63,451 nt of DNA from an uncultured Acholeplasmataceae bacterium. Its GTDB lineage: Bacteria > Bacillota_I > Bacilli_A > RF39 > UBA660. The position numbers and the translations under genes were made by a program. This document shows, piece by piece, positions 10,245-17,827 of this stretch. Below the pieces are notes generated by a model that worked only from the letters and a program-made list of their open reading frames with translations, was not told the origin of the DNA and ran no database searches. Where the stretch lies: assembly GCA_905203475.1 (NCBI GenBank), contig CAJKWD010000003.1, forward strand, positions 1-63,451, read 5' to 3'. The stretch's first letter is position 1; every line of letters starts with the position of its first letter.

Positions 10245-10751
10245 ATGGAAACTAAAGGAAGAAATATTATTATTGGTACTTTACTTGCTGCTGTAGCAAT
10301 CATGGCAGTAGGTTATGCAGCATTAGCACAAACATTACAAATTAATGGTACTGCTACAATTACAAGTAACTGGGATGTAGCAATTACAAATATTACAGAA
10401 GGTACTCCAACAGGTACTGCAACAAATAAAACACCTGCAACACACAATGGTACATCAGCAACATTTGATGTTAACCTTGTAAAACCAGGTGATAAAATGG
10501 TTTATGAAGTAACTGTTCACAATGGTGGTACTTTAAATGCAAAATTAACAGGTCTTACTGTAAGTCCACAAGATCCTGCAGATAATGGTATTTACTATAA
10601 AGTAACTGGTGTAACTGAAAATACAACTACACTTGATGCTGGAGAAGACAATGTTATTACAGTAGAAGTAGGATGGGTATCAACAGATACAACAATGCCT
10701 ACACAAAAAACGCAAGAACTTACAGTTAACTTAACTTATACACAATATTAA
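10245..10751 (+). CDS. TasA/camelysin-like small secreted subunit, paralog 2
   Basis: Same architecture as paralog 1. AAGGAGAG RBS. Confidence 0.7.
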   Translation: METKGRNIIIGTLLAAVAIMAVGYAALAQTLQINGTATITSNWDVAITNITEGTPTGTATNKTPATHNGTSATFDVNLVKPGDKMVYEVTVHNGGTLNAKLTGLTVSPQDPADNGIYYKVTGVTENTTTLDAGEDNVITVEVGWVSTDTTMPTQKTQELTVNLTYTQY

Positions 10752-10771
10752 TAGTATGAAGGAGAAAAAAT

Positions 10772-11284
10772 ATGGATTCAAATAAAGGTAGAAATATTGT
10801 GATTGGTGCTTTACTTGCTGCTGTAGCAATTATGGCAGTAGGTTATGCAGCATTAGCACAAACATTAACAATTAATGGTACTGCAAGTATTTCAAGTACT
10901 TGGAATGTAGCGATTACTGATATTACTGAAGGTGAAGCTACTGGTACGGCAACAAATGCAGAAGGAAGTCCAACTCATGATGGTACTTCAGCAACTTTCA
11001 ATGTTAATCTTGTAAAACCTGGAGATAAAATGGTTTATGAGATTACAGTTCACAATGGTGGATCATTAAATGCCAAATTAACTGGTTTAACAGTTACACC
11101 TGAAACACCAGCTTCAACTGGAATTTATTATAAAGTAACTGGTGTTACTGTTAATTCAACAACATTGAATGCAGGAGCAGACAATAAAATTACTGTTGAA
11201 GTAGGATGGAATGCAGCAGATACAACAATGCCTGCACAAAAAACACAACCACTTACAGTTAATTTAACTTATACACAAGTATAA
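10772..11284 (+). CDS. TasA/camelysin-like small secreted subunit, paralog 3
   Basis: Same architecture. The 5' ~65 nt are nearly identical to paralog 2 at DNA level. Confidence 0.7.
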   Translation: MDSNKGRNIVIGALLAAVAIMAVGYAALAQTLTINGTASISSTWNVAITDITEGEATGTATNAEGSPTHDGTSATFNVNLVKPGDKMVYEITVHNGGSLNAKLTGLTVTPETPASTGIYYKVTGVTVNSTTLNAGADNKITVEVGWNAADTTMPAQKTQPLTVNLTYTQV

Positions 11285-11299
11285 AAAAGAATACAGGGG

Positions 11300-11317
11300 A
11301 AGGCGACCTGCCTTTTT
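11300..11317 (+). terminator. Weak hairpin plus T5 (possible attenuating terminator between subunit genes and peptidase gene)
   Basis: AAGGC-gacct-GCCTT followed by TTTTT. The stem is short, so it is probably leaky. Confidence 0.35.
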
Positions 11318-11351
11318 CCTTATCAGGAGGTCAAGATAAGGAAGGTAATAT

Positions 11352-12518
11352 ATGAAAAAAATAAATAGTAAAATATGGGTGGTCTATGGAATTCTAATCG
11401 TATATTTATTCTTACTTATCTTATTTCCACCCTTATTTAAATCAGGTATATATACAAAATTAATTCAACAAATTTTATGGTTTGGACTAGCTTTCTATTG
11501 TTATTATGCATCTGATAAAGAATCATTTCGGAATCGTGATAAAACAGGTAAGATCCAAATTGTAGTTATTTTTACGATTATATATCTGATGGTATACTTT
11601 GTTTTAGGATTGCTTTTTGGCTATAAAAGAAGTCCATATGCACATACCTTTTCAGCAATATTAACAAATATTTGGGTATTTATTCCAGTTATAATGTTTC
11701 AGGAATATATCCGTGCTGTTTTGGTACGTTTTACTAAAAGAAATGAAACATTATTAGTAATCATTTTCTTGTTGTTTAGTTTGATTGAATTAAATTATGG
11801 TTCAATGGGAGCTTCTTTTGCTACCAAAGAATCAGCGTTTAAATATATTTCATCAACATTATTACCAACGTTAACAAGAAATGCTTTATTTACATATTTT
11901 GCGTTAGTATGTGATTACTGGCCGAGTATGATTTTTAGAACAGCTGTCATGGCTATGAATGTTTTATTACCAATCTTTCCAGATCTAGATTGGTTCGTTA
12001 CAGGACTTTTAGAGTTATCGACTTATGTAATTATGTTTATTAGTGTTAATTACATGAATGATCTATCAAAACGTGTAACAGTTAGAACAACTCGAAGAGC
12101 ACAACGAACGTCGAATCCAAAAGTAACAATACCATTATTGGTAGTATTATTGGTATTTGTCTGTTTCGTAGCTGGATTCTTTACTTATCGACCAATTGCA
12201 ATTGTATCAGATAGTATGGTTCCAAAATTTGCTCGTGGTGATGCAGTCGTTGTAAAAAAATTGTCTAACAAAGAGAAAAAGTCATTACAGAAAAATGATA
12301 TTATCCAATATTCTCTTGATGGTAGAACAATTGTCCATCGCATTCATAAAAAAATAAAAGATGAAAATGGAAATATTACATATCAAACAAAGGGAGATAA
12401 TAACAATGCTCCAGATGATAAATTAGTTACTTTAAAACAGGTAAAAGGAAAAGTAACATTTGTAGTTCCTTATGCCGGATGGCCATCTGTTTTAATTTAT
12501 GATTTCTTAAAGGAATAG
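11352..12518 (+). CDS. Fusion protein: polytopic membrane domain (~8 TM, unknown family) plus ER/archaeal-type signal peptidase I (SipW/Sec11-like)
   Basis: The C-terminal ~120 aa carry SDSMVP (Ser box), GDAVVV, IVHRI (His box) and TKGDNN..D. The N-terminal ~270 aa consist of consecutive hydrophobic helices. Confidence 0.8.
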   Translation: MKKINSKIWVVYGILIVYLFLLILFPPLFKSGIYTKLIQQILWFGLAFYCYYASDKESFRNRDKTGKIQIVVIFTIIYLMVYFVLGLLFGYKRSPYAHTFSAILTNIWVFIPVIMFQEYIRAVLVRFTKRNETLLVIIFLLFSLIELNYGSMGASFATKESAFKYISSTLLPTLTRNALFTYFALVCDYWPSMIFRTAVMAMNVLLPIFPDLDWFVTGLLELSTYVIMFISVNYMNDLSKRVTVRTTRRAQRTSNPKVTIPLLVVLLVFVCFVAGFFTYRPIAIVSDSMVPKFARGDAVVVKKLSNKEKKSLQKNDIIQYSLDGRTIVHRIHKKIKDENGNITYQTKGDNNNAPDDKLVTLKQVKGKVTFVVPYAGWPSVLIYDFLKE

Positions 12519-12526
12519 GTGAGAAA

Positions 12527-13612
12527 ATGAAAGATAAAAAGGGACATATCACAGAAATATTAAATACGAGACTGATGCGTTTCTTATTGATATTTCTTGC
12601 ATTAATACTTTTATTCTTATCTTTGAAAATGGGAATTGATTCTCTTTCATGGAAGAGTAAAAGAAATACAGATAATGTACTTTATTCATATAATATTAAA
12701 AAGGGATATTCTTATGCAGCAAATTTAACTCCGAATGAATTTATTGATGAGAATCCTCAAGGTATGAATCAATTATATATATCAAAGTTAATTAATAATT
12801 TTGATGTTGTGATGAATTATTCTTATTCAGCAAGCAAACCATTAAATTTAAAATATCAATATAAGATTGTTTCATCTATTGTTGGAGAATATCATAATAC
12901 TCCAGATGGTGAAAAAGCAGAAGTATGGGTAAAAGAGTTCCCTGTTACAAATCCCGTTGAAAAGACAGTGAACAATAGTAATTCATTCAATATTCAAGAG
13001 AAATTTACGGTAGATTTTCATTATTATGACAATTACGTAAAAGAATTCATGAGACAAGTCGGTGTTACAATTGATGCTTATTTAAAATTAGAGTTACAAG
13101 TAACTACTGATGGAGAATTAAAAGATAACATGAATACACTTCATGACACACAAACAGTTACCATGAAGATTCCATTAAATGAAGATGTATTTGCAATTTC
13201 TGGAGATAGTAATAAGACTGTAAATAAAAATATTTCTGGTATTGATACTTATGTTGAGAAAGTAAATCCAGGAAAACTAGTTGTATGTGTTATCATGCTT
13301 GTGATTTCCATTTCAATTTTAGCTTATGTATTACGTAATTTATTTAAAGGTGTTAAGAAAGATGAATATCAGAGTCAAAAAGATAAGATCTTAAAGGAAT
13401 ATGGAGATATCATTGTTGAGACTACAAGTCCAGTTGACTTCGGTGAATATCAAGTAATTAGTGTTAAGAACTTTAATGAAATGATTGATCTAGAAGAAGA
13501 ATTACATGTTCCAATTCTTTATTTCGAACCAGCGGTTGGTGAAGAGTCTTGGTTTATGTTAATTCATGACAAGGTACTTTATAAATATGAATTAAAACAA
13601 GGTGATGAATAA
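12527..13612 (+). CDS. Two-TM membrane protein with large external domain and cytoplasmic tail (DUF5305-like by recollection)
   Basis: TM helices at about aa 16-38 and aa 250-272. ~210-aa N/S/Y-rich loop between them and a ~90-aa acidic C-terminal tail. Only 8 nt separate it from the peptidase-fusion gene. Confidence 0.6.
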   Translation: MKDKKGHITEILNTRLMRFLLIFLALILLFLSLKMGIDSLSWKSKRNTDNVLYSYNIKKGYSYAANLTPNEFIDENPQGMNQLYISKLINNFDVVMNYSYSASKPLNLKYQYKIVSSIVGEYHNTPDGEKAEVWVKEFPVTNPVEKTVNNSNSFNIQEKFTVDFHYYDNYVKEFMRQVGVTIDAYLKLELQVTTDGELKDNMNTLHDTQTVTMKIPLNEDVFAISGDSNKTVNKNISGIDTYVEKVNPGKLVVCVIMLVISISILAYVLRNLFKGVKKDEYQSQKDKILKEYGDIIVETTSPVDFGEYQVISVKNFNEMIDLEEELHVPILYFEPAVGEESWFMLIHDKVLYKYELKQGDE

Positions 13613-13652
13613 TACCTTGTTTTTTTATTCTGGAAGCCCATTATAAAAATAT

Positions 13653-13681
13653 TTGAAATATAATATACATTGTGGTACAAT
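13653..13681 (+). promoter_or_regulatory. Extended -10 promoter for the fourth subunit gene
   Basis: TTGAAA (13653-13658), 17-nt spacer, TGgTACAAT (13673-13681). It follows the hairpin terminator of the preceding gene. Confidence 0.55.
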
Positions 13682-13708
13682 GATAGTATAAAGTACGGAG
13701 GTATGAAT

Positions 13709-14218
13709 ATGAATAAAAAAGCGGGTAAAAATACCGTCATTGGATTTTTAGTTGTTGCAATTTTAATTATGGCAGCGGGATATGCACTTTTAAGCTCTCA
13801 GTTAAAGATTACTGGAACAGCTGAGGTTACAAGTAGTTGGAATGTTGCAATTACTGCTATTACAGAAGGTACTGCAATTGGTACGGCTAAAAATAGAACC
13901 CCAGCAACATCAACAGGTACAACAGCAACATTTGATGTTGAATTGCAAAAACCAGGAGATAGTATGACTTATGATATTACTATTTCAAATAAAGGATCAT
14001 TAAATGCTGTATTAGATTCTATGGTAATTACACCTGGTGAAGGTGGCAGTGAGGCAATTACATATTCAGTTACTGGAGTAACCAAAGGAACACGATTAGA
14101 TGTAGATACAACAAATACTGTAACAGTAAAAGTAGAATGGGATGATAGTCTTTCTACTATGCCAGAAGTTACTACTAAGACATTAACAGTTACTTTAAAT
14201 TATGTACAACAAGATTAA
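13709..14218 (+). CDS. TasA/camelysin-like small secreted subunit, divergent paralog 4
   Basis: Same layout: LKITGTAEVTSSWNVAITAITEG and FDVELQKPGDSMTYDITISNKGSLNAVL. The ATG at 13709 is 7 nt after GGAGG. Confidence 0.7.
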   Translation: MNKKAGKNTVIGFLVVAILIMAAGYALLSSQLKITGTAEVTSSWNVAITAITEGTAIGTAKNRTPATSTGTTATFDVELQKPGDSMTYDITISNKGSLNAVLDSMVITPGEGGSEAITYSVTGVTKGTRLDVDTTNTVTVKVEWDDSLSTMPEVTTKTLTVTLNYVQQD

Positions 14219-14278
14219 GGCTTTATTTGGCCTTTTTTATTTGTTATGATATAATACCTTGTAGATAGGAGAGTAGTT

Positions 14279-16369
14279 ATGGGAAAGAAGATGATTTTAG
14301 CAACAACTTTATTAGTTGCTCTTCCAGCAACTCATGTAAATGCGTTAGAGGAAAAAGCAACTGTAAGTGAAATACCGGAAACATCAATCCAACAATCACA
14401 AGAGCAAGAAAAAGTAGAGACTCCAAATGAATCCAATACAAATTCTGAATATACAGAATCAACAATTCCTGAGGTACCAGAAGAAACAACGACAAATAAT
14501 CAAGTAGTAACGGAACAACCTAGTGAATCACCTGTTATTTCTGTAAAATTAACAGGATTTCAAGTGATAAATGGTGAGACTTATTATTTTGATGAGCCTG
14601 GTCATAAAGTAACAGGATTACATAAAATTGGAGATTTTAAATATTATTTTGAAGCAGATGGTAGATTATTTAAGGATGGTTTTAAAGTACTAGATGGTAA
14701 TACCTATTTCTTTAGTCGCGTTGATGGAAGAATGAGAACAGGAATGTTTGAAGTAGATACGCCGTTAAATATGTATTATTTTGATGAGACAACAGGTATT
14801 ATGCAAACAGGATTACATAAAATTGGGGAATACACTTATTACTTTGAAAGTGATGGAAAATTATTTCATAATGGTGTCAAAGAAATCAATGGTAAAAAAT
14901 ATTTCTTTAGTAGAGTAGATGGACGTATGCGTTATGGATTATTTGAAGTAGATACGCCGAACAATTACTATTACTTTGATGAGAATACTGGCGAAATGAT
15001 TACTGGATTACAAAAAATTGGAACATATTACTACTATTTTGAAGAAAATGGCTCATTATATCGTAATGGATTTAAAGTGTTAAATGGTAATACTTATTTC
15101 TTTAGTCGTGTCGATGGTAGAATGAGAACCGGAATGTTTGAAGTAGATACGCCGTTAAATATGTATTATTTTGATGAGACAACAGGTATTATGCAAACAG
15201 GATTACATAAAATTGGGGAATACACTTATTACTTTGAAAGTGATGGAAAATTATTTCATAATGGTGTCAAAGAAATCAATGGTAAAAAATATTTCTTTAG
15301 TAGAGTAGATGGACGTATGCGTTATGGATTATTTGAAGTAGATACGCCGAACAATTACTATTACTTTGATGAGAATACTGGCGAAATGATTACTGGATTA
15401 AAGAAGATTGGAGATAAATATTATTATTTTGAAGAAAATGGTCCATTATATCGTGGGGGATTTAAAGTACTAGATGGTAAAACTTATTTCTTTAGTCGTG
15501 TTGATGGTAATCGACGTACTGGAATGTTTAGCATAGACGGTGTTTATTACTATTTTGATGAAAACTCTGGAGAAATGCAAACAGGATATCAAGTAATTAA
15601 TGGAATGACATATTATTTCAACGAAGATGGTTCATTATATAATGGCTTTTACACGGTCAATGGGAATAAATATTACATGCAACCAGATGGTACTAGAGCA
15701 GTTGGTTGGCATACTTTGCAAGGAGTGAAATATTACTTTAATGCTAATGGTATGTTAATTGCTAGTAATGCGAAATTTATTATCGATGTTTCCAGTTGGC
15801 AAGGGGTCATTGATTGGGATGCAGTAAAAGCAGAAGGTAAAGTAGATGGTGTCATTCTACGTATGGCAATTAATGATGTTTTAGTAGATACACAATTTGA
15901 ACGTAATTTAAGAGAATTACAACGTTTGGGTATACCTTTTGGTGTTTATCTTTATAGTTATGCGGAAAATGGGACAGAAGCAAAAATGGAAGCTGATTGG
16001 ATGGTAACATTACTTAGAAGATATAATATTCAACCTGCTTTAGGAGTTTATTATGATATTGAAGAGTGGACCCATTTAACACCAAGTGATTTTGATTCAA
16101 TTATTCCTACTTTTGTAAATACAGTAAAACAAGCAGGATATTCTAATGTTGGTATTTATGCTTCTAAAAACTATATTAATACTTATTTTAGCGATGCGGT
16201 GAAGCCATATGTTACTTGGGTAGCACAATATTATTATCAATGTAATTATCAAGGAAGTTATCAAATGTGGCAATATGGTGGTGGAAATGAAGGAGAATAT
16301 GTTGCTGGTATTAATGGTAGAGTTGATTCTAATGTATGGAGTGACTCCTTCGAAAAAATTGTTTCATAA
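14279..16369 (+). CDS. Secreted GH25 muramidase (lysozyme) with N-terminal cell-wall/choline-binding-type repeats
   Basis: Signal peptide, then ~20 aromatic-rich ~20-aa repeats (G..YYFD..G.M.TG). C-terminal IIDVSSWQG.IDW...K....GVILR GH25 signature. Confidence 0.85.
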   Translation: MGKKMILATTLLVALPATHVNALEEKATVSEIPETSIQQSQEQEKVETPNESNTNSEYTESTIPEVPEETTTNNQVVTEQPSESPVISVKLTGFQVINGETYYFDEPGHKVTGLHKIGDFKYYFEADGRLFKDGFKVLDGNTYFFSRVDGRMRTGMFEVDTPLNMYYFDETTGIMQTGLHKIGEYTYYFESDGKLFHNGVKEINGKKYFFSRVDGRMRYGLFEVDTPNNYYYFDENTGEMITGLQKIGTYYYYFEENGSLYRNGFKVLNGNTYFFSRVDGRMRTGMFEVDTPLNMYYFDETTGIMQTGLHKIGEYTYYFESDGKLFHNGVKEINGKKYFFSRVDGRMRYGLFEVDTPNNYYYFDENTGEMITGLKKIGDKYYYFEENGPLYRGGFKVLDGKTYFFSRVDGNRRTGMFSIDGVYYYFDENSGEMQTGYQVINGMTYYFNEDGSLYNGFYTVNGNKYYMQPDGTRAVGWHTLQGVKYYFNANGMLIASNAKFIIDVSSWQGVIDWDAVKAEGKVDGVILRMAINDVLVDTQFERNLRELQRLGIPFGVYLYSYAENGTEAKMEADWMVTLLRRYNIQPALGVYYDIEEWTHLTPSDFDSIIPTFVNTVKQAGYSNVGIYASKNYINTYFSDAVKPYVTWVAQYYYQCNYQGSYQMWQYGGGNEGEYVAGINGRVDSNVWSDSFEKIVS
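14681..15460 (+). repeat. Intragenic tandem duplication, 390-bp unit x2 (third copy degenerate)
   Basis: 14741-15010 is identical to 15131-15400 by direct reading. The flanks differ by a few substitutions. Confidence 0.9.
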
Positions 16370-16442
16370 AAGTAACAGAGAGTTCTGTTGCTTTTTTTAT
16401 AATGAAAAATACTTGTTTTAAAAAGAAATATTCAAAAAAGTA

Positions 16443-16471
16443 TTGTCAAAATGCATTGATTTTGTTATAAT
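16443..16471 (+). promoter_or_regulatory. Promoter for tRNA-Met
   Basis: TTGTCA, 17-nt spacer, TGtTATAAT, about 18 nt upstream of the tRNA 5' end. Confidence 0.55.
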
Positions 16472-16489
16472 TAATTCGTTGACTGAAAT

Positions 16490-16566
16490 GGCGATGTAGC
16501 TCAGCTGGCTAGAGCGTCTGGTTCATACCCAGAAGGTCGAGGGTTCGATCCCCCCCGTCGCTACCA
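16490..16566 (+). tRNA. tRNA-Met (anticodon CAT), 3' CCA encoded
   Basis: Cloverleaf readable by eye: acceptor GGCGATG/CGTCGCT, D-arm GCTC-AGCTGGCTA-GAGC, anticodon stem TCTGG/CCAGA with loop TTCATAC, T-loop TTCGATC. A terminator hairpin follows. CAT could also be an Ile-lysidine or initiator tRNA. Confidence 0.85.
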
Positions 16567-16669
16567 CTAAGCATAGAAAACTAGATTGAAACCGTCTAGT
16601 TTTTTCTTTTATTATTTTTTAAGAGATGATATAATGAAGTTATAAAAAAATAGTAAAGTGAGGAAAACT

Positions 16670-17083
16670 ATGTTAGAAGAACAAGTCAAAGAAGTACTTC
16701 AAATCTATCAATTAAAAAAAGAAAAAGCAATTATATTTGGACATCCGAAAGTAAAAATGAATTGGATCTTGCCATTACCTGGAGTAACAGTCGCATCATT
16801 TGATCAATTTCAACCATTCTTTCTTTATTTTGATGAATTGGGAATTTCTTTTTTTCCATTAGATATCAATCAAAATTATCGTGCAATCGGAAGATCTTTT
16901 CTTTCTTGGAACGATATAGATTATTTTCAGTTTAAGAAAGGTTTATTGGAAGATGAAATACAAATACAACTACAAGGTCAAAAAATAGCAATGAAACTCA
17001 CGAAAAAGAAAGCAATGAATCCATGGGTGAAAGAAAATATGAATTATTTAAAAGACAAGAATTATTTTTATAAGGGTGAGTAA
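16670..17083 (+). CDS. Hypothetical protein
   Basis: ORF whose ATG is 6 nt after GAGGA. No recognisable motif. Confidence 0.5.
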   Translation: MLEEQVKEVLQIYQLKKEKAIIFGHPKVKMNWILPLPGVTVASFDQFQPFFLYFDELGISFFPLDINQNYRAIGRSFLSWNDIDYFQFKKGLLEDEIQIQLQGQKIAMKLTKKKAMNPWVKENMNYLKDKNYFYKGE

Positions 17084-17085
17084 TT

Positions 17086-17754
17086 ATGAAAACAATACTA
17101 ATCATCGAAGACGATCAAAATATTCATGAAATGCTAAAAACATTATTAAAACAAAATGGTTATGAAATAAAAAGTGCTTATTCTGGTACAGAAGCATTAC
17201 TTGTCCATGATCAAACAGTAGATCTTATCCTATTGGATTTAATGTTACCAGGAAAGTCAGGAGAGGAAATTATTCGTGAGTTAAAACAGATTCATGATGT
17301 TCCAATCATTGTCACAAGTGCTTTAAGTGATCTTGATAAGAAACTAAATTTATTCGAATTAGGAGCAGATGATTACGTGACAAAGCCATTTTCTAATGAT
17401 GAATTATTAGCTCGTATCAAAGTTCATCTTAGAAACAATCAAAAAGAAGCACAAGACGTGATACAAGTGGGGGATCTATCGCTGAATAAAAAAACACATC
17501 AAGCGATTTGTCATCATGTTGAACTTCATTTATCAAAAATAGAATTTGATATTTTAGAGTTATTGATGAGAAACCATCATCAGGTCGTTACTAAGAGTAT
17601 GATTTTTGATACAGTTTGGGATACTATGGATTCTGCAGATGAGAATACATTAAATGTTCATATTAGTAAAATTAGGAATAAATTAAAAAAGGCAAATCCA
17701 AACAAAGAATACATAAAAACGATTTGGAGTATTGGCTATCAATTGAAAAATTAA
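17086..17754 (+). CDS. OmpR-family response regulator
   Basis: Receiver domain (DD..., LLDLMLPG, K) plus winged-helix trans_reg_C (GYQL at the C-terminus). Confidence 0.9.
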   Translation: MKTILIIEDDQNIHEMLKTLLKQNGYEIKSAYSGTEALLVHDQTVDLILLDLMLPGKSGEEIIRELKQIHDVPIIVTSALSDLDKKLNLFELGADDYVTKPFSNDELLARIKVHLRNNQKEAQDVIQVGDLSLNKKTHQAICHHVELHLSKIEFDILELLMRNHHQVVTKSMIFDTVWDTMDSADENTLNVHISKIRNKLKKANPNKEYIKTIWSIGYQLKN

Positions 17755-17827
17755 TAAAAATTTAAGAATTGTGTTAAGAGTTTTTTAACACTTTTTTTGT
17801 ATAATGAAATAGGAAAGGGAGATAAAG

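Noticed and set aside
11667-11706. CPBP/CAAX intramembrane protease assignment for the N-domain of the peptidase fusion (FQEYIR)
   Set aside because: Only a partial match to motif 1 (EExxxR) is present. The His-containing motifs 2 and 3 are absent, since the domain has only one His, so the family call is not supportable.
16567-16657. Possible integration scar downstream of tRNA-Met
   Set aside because: Only a normal terminator hairpin follows the tRNA. I found no second copy of the tRNA 3' end by eye, and the downstream genes contain no recombinase.
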